Shown piece by piece: positions 26,213-38,089 of a DNA stretch of 64,000 nt. Positions within the stretch are counted from its first letter, which is position 1, and every line of letters starts with the position of its first letter. The notes beneath the pieces were generated by a model. The model was not told the DNA's origin. It did not search any database and saw nothing but the letters and a program-made list of their open reading frames with translations. The translations under genes and the position numbers were made by a program. This stretch comes from Lama glama (Eukaryota), in the NCBI GenBank assembly GCA_028534125.1, contig CM052816.1:92196001-92260000 (forward strand), given 5' to 3'.

Positions 26213-26326
26213 TTAAAAAATAATTTTATCTTTAAAATGCACGCAAGGAACCTTCATCATATTCTTTCTGTCCTCCAGTCCTTCACATTTCCCTCCAAGT
26301 GTTACAAAGTGTGCTATTGAAAACAT

Positions 26327-26382
<56 letters not shown>
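26327..26382. repeat. Compound microsatellite (TAGA)11(CAGA)3
   Basis: Read directly. Confidence 0.95.
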
Positions 26383-26565
26383 TAATAGATGATTGAGAGA
26401 CAGAAAGAGAGTAGTGTATATGTACATGCAGACATACATACCAGGACTGGAGCTAAAATGTGGGTAAATAATCATGCTTACTTGTCTTAGGGGCAAATAG
26501 AAATGTCTGAATTTTCAATCCTACTGTGTTATTAAGTATAGAACAATTCTTCAGGTTATCTTGGA

Positions 26566-26775
26566 ACTGTACTGTCCAATAGATGGGCCATCAACTACCT
26601 GTGGCTATGTACACTTAAATTTAAATTAATTAAATTATATAAAAACTAAAATTCATTCCTCAGTCCCACAAGCCACATTCAAAAGCTCAATATCCCTACA
26701 TTTCTAATGGCAATCGCCTGCAACAGCACAGATATAGAACGTTTTGTCATTGCAGTCCTTTCAGGCAGCTGCTGT
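26566..26775. mobile_element. MER3-like hAT-Charlie MITE
   Basis: 'ctgtactgtccaata...aaatttaaattaattaaa...attcctcagtcccacaagccacatt...cagcacagatatagaac'. Confidence 0.75.
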
Positions 26776-26828
26776 CTCACAAGGTTTTCACAGGCATATT
26801 TCTTTCTTCATCATTAAAAAAAGATGGA

Positions 26829-27029
26829 TTTCAAAATTGTAGAATATATAAACAAGATTATACTGTATAGCACAGGGAAATACACACAAGATCTTATGAT
26901 AGCTCACAGAGAAAAAAATGTGACAATGAATATATATATATGTTCATGTATAACTGAAAAATTGTGCTCTACACTGGAATTTGACACAACATTGTAAAAT
27001 GATTATAAATCAATAAAAAATGTTAAAAA
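26829..27029 (+). mobile_element. Young L1 3' end with 13-bp TSD
   Basis: aataaa signal and poly-A; TSD aaaaaaagatgga at 26816-26828 and 27030-27042. Confidence 0.92.
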
Positions 27030-28187
27030 AAAAAAAGATGGAACATTCAAGGGTGGAAGCATTCTTTTCTCAGAAAGAAAATTGCTTTTCTCTAACTCAT
27101 GTAGAAACTCAAAAGATGTTCTATAGATCAATTTTGAATCACAAGAGATTAGATCATAGAAAGCAGAGCTCAAGACCTCTGCACTTGAAAGATTCTATCC
27201 TATAATCATTGAATCTCAGAATTGAAATAGACTTTAAAAGGCATCTGATCCAATCATCTTTTCCAAGTTTACCATCGATCCTTCAAGAATGCTACCAAAA
27301 TACAATCTAGTCCATGCTAGAAAACCTTCAGTAGAACTTAGCCATGCCGCCAGGATACACCAAACCCATAGAAAGGGCCCAATCTAAAGAGCTGTTAAAT
27401 CAGCATAGGTCTTTCTTGTCCATGGCTTTGCTGCTTGGGATTTTGTTAAATTAGTTACTGAGGACGGTAAGACTCTTCCTTTAGTGAATTATTCAAAAGA
27501 AAATTAATAGCATCTGCCCAAAATGTCATTTGGCAGCCCTTTCAAAAAAAAATTGCTGCTTTTCATAAAGCACTTTTGTTTTGACAAAATACTTGCTTAG
27601 TCAGCAAAACGCTCTTGCTTTTTGCTAAGTCTTCACCTAGCACATGGTCAAGACCCACTCTGGACAGGCAGCCCTTAACCCCAGCCACTTTTTTTACATT
27701 GAACTAGAGCATACGCTGTCTGGGCAAATGCAGTAGAAGCCTTCCTTTCTCCTGGGTCTGTTGTTTCATTTTTTTTCATGACCTGCTGGATGGAATATGG
27801 CTGGATGACTGATGAGAACTGAAGCTGACTTGCTTTGATACCCTCATAAGCAAGAGAACCAATAAAGTGTTCACAGATGGGAGCCAAACAGCATATGAGC
27901 TAGTAGAAAAAGGGGGTAATATCATTTTGTCCTTTTATGTTTAGAAAGTCCCAGCCATTATAAAGATACTATCAGATCTTCTTAATGGAATTGTCATGGT
28001 TTAGTTATTTCACACCAATAAATCTGCCTTCACCTCGGTATAGCAATTCAGAAAATTTCTGGTTAAGAGAAAAGTGGATCTAAGCCTACTCTGCAGTTCA
28101 TAGATCATAATTCGGATTTGCAAGCCAGTAAGTAAAATGCAGTTTCTTCAAACAAACAGCCATAAATTGACTCAGGAGTATAACGCG

Positions 28188-28766
28188 TTCTCCACAAGGT
28201 AGCTGTGATGATCTTTCTAAAACATACCTCAGATTGTGTCGCTCCCCGGCTCAAAGCTGTCTCACTAGAACAGCATCCTTCCCACAGCTTAGGAGGTCCT
28301 GCAGGATCTGGTCCCAGATGATGCCTCCAGGTGGACACCTTGCCTCTTCTCCTTTTCCTCTCGGCACCCGACTCCAATGTGCTGGCCCCCTTGCTGTCTT
28401 CAAACATGCTGAGCACACTCCAGACTCAGGATTTTGTTCTTGCTAGTCCCTCTGTTTGGAATACCTGCACCTAGATACTCACAGGGTTTCCTCCCTCACT
28501 TCAACCAGGGCTTACATCAATTTTCCCATCTTCAGAGAAGCCTGCTGTGGGCACGTGTGAAAAGTGGCATCTTGCCTCCATCACTATCCTGCCCTTCACC
28601 TTGCTTTCCTCTTGAGACTTATTCATACCTTGAAATGTTCTTGTTTTCCTTGTTTTGACATAAATTTTGTTCATTAATAGATGCCAGTAGCCAGATCAGT
28701 GCTTAGCACATAGTAGCTGTTCGGCAAATATGTTTTCATAAATGCACAAATGAGTGAATGAATGAG
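28188..28766 (+). mobile_element. L2 3' region
   Basis: 'gatctttctaaaacatacctcagattgtgtc...gtgcttagcacatagtag...gagtgaatgaatga'. Confidence 0.8.
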
Positions 28767-29189
28767 CATCAGCTGCCAAATCCTTCCCTCTCTGATAGAA
28801 ATACCCATTATTTGACCTTTACAACACTCATAACCCTTTTAAATACTTGGCATTTTTAGTCTCTGATAGATTACGGTGGCTTTCATTCACTGCCGTAAAC
28901 CCCCAATGCCGTTCAAAGTGTTCTTTAAATATGCACTGAGTGAAAATGAATCAATGAACTGCCTACTTTGATTACCCACAGGATCCATCTTGATGATGGA
29001 TTTGACGCTCAGTCTCGGGCAGTAAAGGTAGACAAGGAAAATCTCATAGATTCATTAGCACTGTCTTGATCACTAGCTAAGAGAACTGAGGGGGCCAGGA
29101 TCAATGGCCAGATCAAGTCAGGAAAAGCAGTGCGATGTCAGAAGCGATGGCCTTGTAGTGCCCAGGAAAAGCGGTCAGAGTGCCCCCAC

Positions 29190-29835
29190 TGACCCCTAGG
29201 CCAGTGAGGCATGAAGCCAGCTGCCCAAAAAGTCATGCTCAGAGGGGATGTTTCAGGCCATGCACCAACGCAGAAAATAGTCTTCATTCTTATTCTTCAT
29301 TTAGGGAATATAGGTGACTCTGGGAACATGTTGGGACATAAGGGTGGAGGACATGTCCCTTGTGATGCCCACCAAGCTTCCCCACTCTCTCCTCCCCATT
29401 CCAGGTTAAATTGGTCCCTACTTGGGGTAAACTGCTTGGAGCAGGTGTGAGTGTCTGACCCGAGGCAGGCCAGAGACCAAGGCGGTGGCCTCACATAAGG
29501 GGAACCATTATGATGGTAGTTAACAAGTCAACTGTGCTTTCACTAGAGGTTAAGGAGAGGATTGGCTAGTTGGTATAAGAAGAAGGTTGGCTAGTTGGCA
29601 GCAGATGGAAAACAGAGCAGACTCTGGGGGAAAACAGAGATGCCACAAGAAAAAAGATCATGTGAACCATGAAGGAGACGAGAAGGCCAGCAGGGGCCCA
29701 AGAGGGCTGCAATTCCCAGTGAGTGTCCTGTTCCAACTTGAGGCTGCTTATATTCTTAAAGTAAACAGCCTTTTCTGGAAGCAGCTTATGTGTGTCATTT
29801 TCAGTTCCTTAAGACACAGAAAAGACTGCTAAGAT
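29190..29835 (+). mobile_element. Probable ancient ERVL-class LTR, possibly the 5' LTR of the adjacent internal relic
   Basis: LTR-like 3' end 'taaagtaaacagcc...cagttccttaagacacagaaaagactgctaaga'; lies upstream of gag remnants. Confidence 0.4.
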
Positions 29836-30439
29836 GCAGACTCTAAACAACTTTTCAAAGAAGATATAAAATGAACATTAAGGCCTGAAACAGGAGCGGG
29901 CTGTGAGGTTCTCCTCTTCCCTACATGGAAAGCAGACAGTCCACGCCTCACCACACAAAGCAATTGACAGCTGTGCCTTCCAATCCCTTGTGTTAAGGGC
30001 CAACTTAAAAGCAGTAAGAAACTCAAATGATCAGGGCTGGAAGACACCTCCCACAGTATCAGACTGTTTGCCAGAGGAGAGCTGGTCCCAAGTTGCCCAG
30101 TGGACGTATATGAGGACGTGGAGCTGACAATTGTGTAACTCTGCTTCAGGAAAAGTTTCCTGCTCAGCTGGACAGCCCTGGGGAGCAAACCAAGGCCAAA
30201 GGTTGATGACAATCATGAAGAGCTACTAATGATCATAGTCTTTTGGACTCCTGTGTGTCCAGGGTTTCACATAAAAAGAAAAAGGCAAAAACAATAGTCT
30301 CACAATGGGAGAGCCCCAAATCATGGGATTCTCCAGACATTCCCCACGAATCAGCAAATGAGTCAGTCTGCCTTATTGTGGCTTATCCACGCCCAAGAGG
30401 ATACGAACACAGCATAAGGCTTAGGAATGAATTTTTAAT

Positions 30440-30650
30440 TGGATAAAGGAGAATTATACTCAAAAGAAATCATAGGTATGGTATAAAGAAGATTGTTGAA
30501 GACTAGAGAGAGGTCATGCTGCTACAGAATTTATAAAAGCTCATCCAAGGAGGACAAAGTACAAATTCAGATCAAGCCAAGTTCATTTTAATGGAGCAAG
30601 CTTACCTAAGACGCATTTTAGTGATTGGAGAATGAATCAAACCCTGGCTG
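30440..30650 (+). pseudogene. ERVL-type gag remnant
   Basis: 30546-30596 translates QGGQSTNSDQAKFILME, similar to recalled ERVL gag NGGRNIKLDQAEFIDMG. Confidence 0.65.
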
Positions 30651-30850
30651 ATGGTTGATGCAGGAGGCGGACAGAAAACAAAGACTGTGGGAGAGAGGCT
30701 GACACCCGTTCCTCTTCCCAGCTGTTAAGAGACTACGGGTAATGAGCAGCCCTCTGTATGTGACTTGGAATATAACAATAATAGAAAAGTCATCAAAATG
30801 AGATTATTGACAGCAATGGAGATGGCTGGTGCTGGAGCTGACTGATCCCA
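30651..30850 (+). repeat. Dispersed ~200-bp duplicate, copy B (paralog at 11450-11663)
   Basis: Shared exact blocks 'gacagaaaacaaagactgtgggagagaggctg' and 'gctggtgctggagctgactgatccca'. Confidence 0.95.
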
Positions 30851-31039
30851 AGCGGCAATGATTATACGCAAAGGAGAGATGAAAATAAGACTTGAGTCAA
30901 AAGAATACACACGCACTCATTCTTGTACATCCACTTGAACGCAGTCAGGTGAGATAGGAACCCCTATGATGCCTAAAGAGATTCCACCCCAGTACATGAG
31001 GTTTGTGAGAATGAAACAGATACGGAGCCAACTAAGAGT

Positions 31040-31470
31040 CTGCTTAATTTCTGTACTAGTATGACATTTCTGCAAAACTCAGCAGCTTAAAACAATCATG
31101 TGGTATCATTCATCCATCCTCCTGCCAGTTGGGAGAGTGCTGATGTAAGCTAAGCTCACTTGGGTGGCCCCACAGTTGGAATGGCTCTGCTCCCCATGTC
31201 CCTCATCTTCCTGGTACCAGTGGACTAGCAGGACATGATCTCTTCAAAACACAGTAGAGGTGTGGAAAGGAAAGTGGGAAAGCATGAGGCCCCTGGAAGC
31301 CTAGGATGGGACTGGCACACTTTCATTTCCACCCACATACCACTGGCCAGTGAAAATCATGTGCGCAAGCTGAGAGTCAAGAGGGAAGGGAATACTGTCC
31401 ACCATGATGAATGAGGGATGCAGGGAAGGATGAAGTGCTCGCTGGGGCCTATAATGAAACCGGCCACAAT
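31040..31470 (-). mobile_element. MLT1H/J-like MaLR LTR within the ERVL relic
   Basis: 'aaaactcagcagcttaaaacaa...gctccccatgtccctcatc...ggactggcacactttcatttccacccacataccactggcca'. Confidence 0.7.
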
Positions 31471-31479
31471 TGATATCAC

Positions 31480-32065
31480 CAGAACTCCAGGCCTGAAAGA
31501 CAGGAGCTGGACTAAAACCAAAAACTGGAGAGTTTATTATTCTTCACACTTTTCAAATATGTGTCATTTTACTAACTGGAATCTCTTAAATAGAAAGGTT
31601 TAAGAAATCTTTAAGAAAGACTGTTATAACACTTCACTCCATTAGTCTACAGCAAAGAGACCTGCCTTCATCCACCAAGATGAACGACTCTGCAAATGTT
31701 CGCCACTTTCCTCCCTCAGTGGACTCATGAACAAAGCAGCCAGGATGGCAGAGTGGACTGTGCATGGTCTTCATAACAACAAAAGGCTCCTCTCAAAAGC
31801 CAACTTGGCTGCAGTGACTACAAGTTCCTGATTTTCCCGCCCAGGCCTGGAATAAGACACCACACTTCAGAGGGACAAGTCCTCATGGTAGGTCAAAGTT
31901 TTCAGGCCACGGGGGGAGCAGGGGAGAAGCACTTAGAGGTTCCTACTGAGCTCTGTCCATCACGTGGGATTCCACACAATGTTGCCTCTGGCCAAGAAAT
32001 TCATCTTAAAGCTAAAGAAACACAGCTGCAGGGATAAACATGGATTTCACTGGCTTTACTGTTCA
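31480..32065 (+). pseudogene. ERVL-type pol remnant (RNase H end and integrase)
   Basis: QWTHEQSSQDGRVDCAW (31717-31767), LSKANLAAVT, RGIPHNVASGQEIHLKAKE (from 31963), HGFHWLY; compare recalled ERVL IN QWAHEQSGHGGRDGGYAW...LTKADLA...HGIPHSIASDQGTHFTAKE...HGIHWSY. Confidence 0.8.
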
Positions 32066-32339
32066 TCTTCAGAAAAAGGTAACTCCATCAAAATCAATAA
32101 CAAAACAACCAACACAACTAAGACTCGGTTCAACTAATTACAGGCTAAGTTATGTGGACTAATTCTCCTAATGAAAGCAAAACAAAATCTGGCCAAAACA
32201 TAAAATCACTCATCTGCTCTTCTTCTTGGTGTTTATAAACCTTCTGGAAATGTGTGAGCCAGGAAGGATCCCAACCAGGACAGGATTCAGCATCCTAAGT
32301 CCGTGGCCTCAATACCACTGAATTGTACCCGAACTCTCT

Positions 32340-32505
32340 TTTTATATATTAATAATCCTATAGGATAAGTACTGGTATTAGCCCCATCTTACAGATGGAG
32401 AAACTGAGGATTAAGTAAAGTATTAGAGAGTCATAGTTTGTTCATAGTACAGCTGAGCAGCAAGCTCAGTTCTGTCTTAGTCCAAAGTCTGTGCCCTTCC
32501 CCACT
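32340..32505 (-). mobile_element. MIR relic
   Basis: 'attagccccatcttacagatggagaaactgagg'. Confidence 0.75.
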
Positions 32506-33182
32506 AGAAAATTGAATCGTAAGTTCTTCATTTCTGAGACCTCAAGCAGATGAACTACCACCCCTCTGAAAATCCAAGTAAATAACCTGCTTCAATGACT
32601 TATTCTACACTGATGTGCAAGAAATTGTAAATCATTTCTATAACCCATGCTGAAAATTTTAGCACAATTCATAAAATACAGTCAGATCAATTTCCCACTG
32701 TTCTCAACTCAATACATCTTCATTTTACAGCTGTTTATTTACAGCATGCTTATTGCAGACTCACTTGATGAACTCTTGTTTTGATTTAAACAGAAAATAA
32801 AGAGGCTTCTGCTGATAAAGAGTAAAATGTGTTACAGCTGGACTGTCAAATTTAAATATGGTGGGTGGAGAAAGGAGATGAAAACGTCCCTAACCTTTTG
32901 CAAACATGTACTGTAACTCAATTTGAACACAGAAATGGTACTCATGGAGTTTGGGTTCAACACAAAATAAATAAGCAACAAGCATCCTAAGAGAGGGAGG
33001 ATCAGGGGGCTTGTGTCAGAACTTGAGGTCTGGCTCGACCTGTTATTATTGGACTGGACAGGACTTCACCTCCCTGAAGCTCAGATTTTCCATCTGGAGA
33101 ATGCCACAGAAATCCTCAGCCCTACCAACTGCAAGGTAAAGCTATTATAAGACTCAAAGAAAATGTTGCAAATGAAAAAGTT

Positions 33183-33224
33183 GGGGTTTTTTTAACTTTT
33201 TTTATTGAGTTACAGTCATTTTAC
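33183..33224 (-). mobile_element. Ultra-short L1 3' tail in a MIR, 12-bp TSD
   Basis: 'ttttttaactttttttattgagttacagtcattttac'; TSD aatgaaaaagtt (33171-33182) / aatgaaaaggtt (33225-33236). Confidence 0.8.
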
Positions 33225-33544
33225 AATGAAAAGGTTTTGAAGAGTACACATAGTGAAAACACTAATGGATTACCTGGTGGTAACCTCAGAGAGAATTAGA
33301 TGCTGGGGCAGCAGAGTCTAGGAGTCTCTCCCAGCAGATAAAGCCCCTCCTACCTGCATAGCCCATGCTCTGGGTTCTTCTGTCCTTGCAAAAATAAGGG
33401 GAGAAAGGGAGCGAATTGCTTTTGATTATGTTTACTTTTCTGGAGACCCCTGGAGTCAGGATTTAGAAAGCTGTTCTCATAGAGGGAGTCTATTTCTTCC
33501 TGAGCATTATCTACAAGTTTTTCACCCAGAGAGCTGTTACCTCC

Positions 33545-33652
33545 AGTCCTGCTGGATTTCGGACATCTAGCCTCCAGAACTGAGAGAGAATAATGCTTTT
33601 AAATCACCAAGTCTGCGTTAATATGCTACAATAGTCTTAGAAACTCGTACAG
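33545..33652 (+). mobile_element. MLT1 LTR 3' fragment
   Basis: 'ttcggacatctagcctccagaactgagagagaataa...ttaaatcaccaagtctg...agaaactcgtaca'. Confidence 0.7.
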
Positions 33653-33674
33653 CTTTGTTTAAAACACGGCGACC

Positions 33675-34210
33675 ACATGAAATCACCAAGGGAGTGAATA
33701 TAGATAGAGAAGAGGATGCAGGACTGAGCCTAAGGGCCCTGCAACTGTGAAAGGCCGGGGGGAAGGAGGACTTAGGAAAGGACAGTGATGCAGGAAGAAA
33801 CCAGGAAGAGCAGTTGTAGGAGTGTGTGAAGGAGGAGGGTTGGCTGATGTGTCCCTCACTGCTGATTGGTCAAGTAGGATGAGGAAGGAGAGCTGACTGG
33901 TGGACTTGACAACCTGGCGCCATGGGAGACCTCGACCAGAAATGTTCAGTGAAGCAACCTGATTAGGGAGATTTAAGACAGACTTGGAGAGTGGTTATCA
34001 GAGACTGCAAGTACCTCGACAGCTCTCCCAAGGTTTTGATACAGAAAGAAGCAGAAAAACGGGGTGACCGCTAGGTAGGAAATAAGGTCAGAACAAGGCT
34101 TTTCTGTTGGGAGGAGCTCCACCAGCATGTTTATACGCTGATGAGAATGATCAGAACAGCACCAGGAAATGTATTACTTAGGAGAGAGGGAAAATTGCTG
34201 TAATAATGCA
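33675..34210 (-). mobile_element. L2 body fragment
   Basis: 'tgaaatcaccaagggagtgaatatagatagagaagag...ggactgagccta...gtcaagtaggatgagga'. Confidence 0.75.
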
Positions 34211-34859
34211 GGGGGGAAAATGTTAATTTTTTATACCTCAAACTGCCAAGATAACAACTCTTCAGTGAATTTTCTTAAAGTGCTTTCTATGCCTTTTTTA
34301 CGTGGTTGAGATTATAGCTCAGGAATGTATATATAGATACTTAAGAATAGTAATATACACAGATCCAAATTGAGTATTATTTGAACAAGAGTTTGGTGCC
34401 TATAAATATCTGCTATTTGAATAGTTTTAAAAATGGCTCAGCCCATGTAATACAATACGCCAAAAACTGTTAAAATTCCTTGGCAACTAAATGACCATTG
34501 TGGAATTCTCTGCAGCTCTGCTTTTGTGAGAGCAAAAAGGCTTTTTGTTTAACAATCCTCCTCACAGTATGTCCTGCTGTATTATTAGTTGATGCATTCT
34601 TAGCAAGCACTGAAAAGTGAAAAGTACAGTAATTCCTTTTTTTTTAATATAGTTATCAAGTATGTCAAGAAGTCAATCTGAACAGTGGGTTGACAAAGAG
34701 GCACATTGGGAAACACGTTTCCTGTTATAGAAAAAGAAGCCCCCCTCAAAGCTAAGAAGAAAGCAAGGAATCTCAAGTCTCACCCGTGACCTCCTGAGTC
34801 AGTACAACATCAAGTAAAACACAAAGGGTTCCTGGTTTAACATTCCAATTTTCAACTCA

Positions 34860-35058
34860 AATGTATACAAAATAAAAAATAGATAAAAAACAAATTTCTT
34901 CTGTCTAGCACAGAGAAATATATTCTGTATCTTGTAGTAACCTATAATGAAAAAGAATATGAAAATGAATATATGTTTGTCTATGTGTGACTGAAACATC
35001 ATGCTGTACACCAGAAATTGACACATTGGTAACTGAGTATACTTCAATTTAAAAAAAT
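34860..35058 (+). mobile_element. L1 3' end
   Basis: 'aacctataatgaaaaagaatatgaaaatgaa...tgctgtacaccagaaattgacac'. Confidence 0.85.
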
Positions 35059-35063
35059 ATATG

Positions 35064-35298
35064 AAATAGGTGAAGGGGATTAAGAGGTATTCTAGCTACA
35101 AAATAAATAAAACATGGGGATGTAAAATACAGCATAAGGAATATAGTCAGTAATATGGTAATAACTTTGTATGGGGACAGATGGTTACTAGAATTATTGT
35201 GGTGATCATTTCATAATGTATGCAAATGTCAAATCACTGAGTAGTACACTTGAGACGAAAATAATATTGTACATCAATTATATTTCAACAAAAAAAGA
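35064..35298 (+). mobile_element. L1 3' end of a different subfamily, directly adjacent
   Basis: 'aggtgaaggggattaagaggt...ggtgatcatttcataatgtatgcaaatgtcaaatcact', A tail. Confidence 0.8.
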
Positions 35299-36279
35299 AT
35301 ATGACATCCACATTCTTGAGTTCTTCATTTATATTTTGAAAGCTTGCATACCTGATAGTGTATTTCTCATGCCTTTCCTATGAGAGACAACTTCTCCATG
35401 CATAAAACTATTTGATCACACAGTTTTCCTATAGATTTCTCCCCACCGTCTATAGTCTTTAGATTTGCAGAAAAGTAATACTTTTCTATTGGAATCTTGG
35501 GTAATTTTTTTTCTCCATCTACCCAGTTCAAAATTTTAATCAGGATTTCTCTAGCTATGTATTTCTCTTCAGTTATTTCATCTGAAATAGAGTGAGCACA
35601 TTTAAGAAAGTAATCTTTATTGCCTTTCCTATACGGAAGCTATGTTCCAGTTATCTGATTTACTCCTATAATTTTCGTGTTGGATGTCTCTGTGATTTTC
35701 TATGTCATTATTTCCTCAACTTGGTCTTTTTCTTTAAAGGCTTCTAAATTTTATTTTCCACAGTGCCTATTTGAATTTTAAATGTGGTATTATAGATTTA
35801 GTTCATTAAAATTTTCTTTTCTCTTTTATATCTACTTTCATATTATCCTGTTTTTTCTTAAACGCTGCCTTTTTTTCCTTTTAATTACTGTCTTTGTTAC
35901 ATAACAATGAATTCCTCCAGTGTCCTTTTGAAGAGAGGATGTTAGAGGATTTTCTAACATCTTTTTCTGATTCTTAAAATAAGAGATTTTTAAGTATTTT
36001 TTCTTCCTTGGGGATCAATTATTTTAAATATATTCTTTTTTCTCCATTTCTCTATTTTTTAAGTGGTAGATTAGACTTCATTAAAATTTAAAACTTCTGC
36101 TCATCATTCTTCCAATGAGAATGTATCCATTTATAATGGTATATTATATAGTCTTTAGTAATTATGAAGAACATAGAAATATTTAACTTGGAGAAAAGTA
36201 TTCAGTCATTGTTGGATGAGGAAAAGAAGTTCCTGAAGAGACAGAATGAGCCTGTCTTTGCTATAAGTATAGACATACA

Positions 36280-36816
36280 TTTCAATCATTTATTCAAAAA
36301 ATATTATTTAATACCTCCTATCTGCCAAAGTCAGCTGTAAATGAGACAAACCTCCAGCTCTCATGGTAAGTACACTCTACTGGGGGAGAGTGATCAAAGG
36401 AAACAAATAATGTAATCATTTTAAATCATTAAAAATTGAGATGATTCATCTGAAAGAAATAAAGTGATCGGATCCAAAGAACAGAGGCCAGCTCACATAG
36501 GGCAAATTGGATGACCTTGCCATGACCTCACTTCCAGAAAGATGGCTCCAGTGAGCTTGGAAGGATGACAGTGAACCACCTTGTGTCCTAGGGAAGGCTC
36601 TGTACATGGATCGAACAGCAAGTGCAAAGGCCAGAAGGTAGGGAAGGACTCAGTGTGTTTGAAAAGTAAGTAAATAAATGGGGCCATGTACCTACCTGGT
36701 GCATGTTTACAGGGAAGGACAGGAACAGGAGATGCAAATGGTATCCCAGTCCAACCAGACTGTGCAGGGCCCGAAAGACATTGCTAGGGAATTTATAGAG
36801 TTTATTCTAATAGCTT
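36280..36816 (-). mobile_element. L2 3' region
   Basis: 'tcatttattcaaaaaatattatttaatacctcctatctgcca', 'cagcaagtgcaaaggccagaaggtagggaagg'. Confidence 0.7.
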
Positions 36817-36831
36817 AGAAATAAGAATTTT

Positions 36832-36989
36832 TTTCAGTTTTTCAGTTTTGTTTTGTTTTGTTTTGTTTTTAGTGTTTCCGAGCAGTAATTAGGTCTATTT
36901 ATTTGTTTATTTAATGCAGGTACGGGGATTGAATCCAGGACCTTGTGCATGTTAAGCATGAGCTCTACTGCTGAGCTCAACCCTCCCCC
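36832..36989 (-). mobile_element. tRNA-derived SINE, camelid Vic-1-like
   Basis: Reverse complement of the 7076-7219 family ('ggggattgaatccaggacc...ctgagctcaaccctcccc'); TSD-like agaaataagaatttt / agaaatgagaagtttt. Confidence 0.85.
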
Positions 36990-37597
36990 AGAAATGAGAA
37001 GTTTTGACAAAAAATGAGTGTACTTCATTTTTAAATTAATACAGCATTTATTAAAGTTACAGGTCATACAATTAGTTCTACTTTAAGCTTTAAAAAAATG
37101 TATTGTTTAATTTCAAAGACTAGCAAATTGTAATAATCACTTAAGGGGTCTGATTGCTGTTTGATCTCACAAGCTCAATTTGTTGCCTGGAAACACTTTA
37201 CACTGTATTTACAAATTTAATATCTGATTTTCTTGAATTTTGCAATTGTCTGACAACTTTTCCTAAGTCCTTAAGTAGTTAGTGTAAATGCATTGAAATA
37301 CAATGATTCTTCAACTCTCTTAAATGTCCCAATAACATATATAAGCTTGGTGTGATTTCACATTAATCACAAACCTAAAATAACCATTCATTATCGTATT
37401 TTAACTGAAACCACATGGTTAAGCTATTGACACTTTAATATGTCAAATATTCTTAAATATTACAGACACTTAGTCTAACAAATGGACTAACTACTATGAG
37501 TTTTTATTTTCTTCACATCTATACTTAATCTTAAACCTCCCTGGAGCTGAAGGGGCTTATCTGCTAAGGGAAAAACTGTCTCATCTCAAACAATTTT

Positions 37598-38089
37598 TTG
37601 GCCAGGTTTATTGAGATGTAATTAACAAATAAAACTGTACATATTCAAAGCATACATGATGATTTGGTGTACACTGTGGAATGATCACCACAGTCAAGTC
37701 AATAAACACATTCATCATCTCACATAGTTTGCTTTTTCGTATGTGTGGTGAGAATCTTAAGATCTTCTCTCTCAGCAAATATCAAGTATATGATACAATA
37801 TTGTATCACCATGCTGAACATTAGACTCCCCAGAACTTATTCATCTTATAACTGGAAGTTTGTACGCTTTTGAACAACATCCCCCCGTCTCCCCCAGCCC
37901 CTGGTAGCTACCATTCCGGTGTCTGTTTCTATGAGTTTGACTTTTTTTTTAAGATTCCGTATCTGAATGAGATCATACAGTATTTGCCTTTCTCTGTCTG
38001 GCTTATTTCACTTAGCATAATGTCCTCCAGGTTCATCCATGTTGTTGCAAATGGTATTCAGCCATAAAAAAGAAGAAATCCTGCCACCA
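37598..38089 (-). mobile_element. L1 3' end with short 5' inversion and 11-bp TSD
   Basis: TSD caaacaatttt at 37587-37597 and 38090-38100; inverted piece 38055-38086. Confidence 0.88.

Noticed and set aside
26327..26382. Tandem repeats as a CRISPR-like array
   Set aside because: A simple microsatellite with no spacers; the DNA is mammalian.
35340..36120. T-rich stretch as an old antisense L1
   Set aside because: Plausible but too decayed to support by eye.
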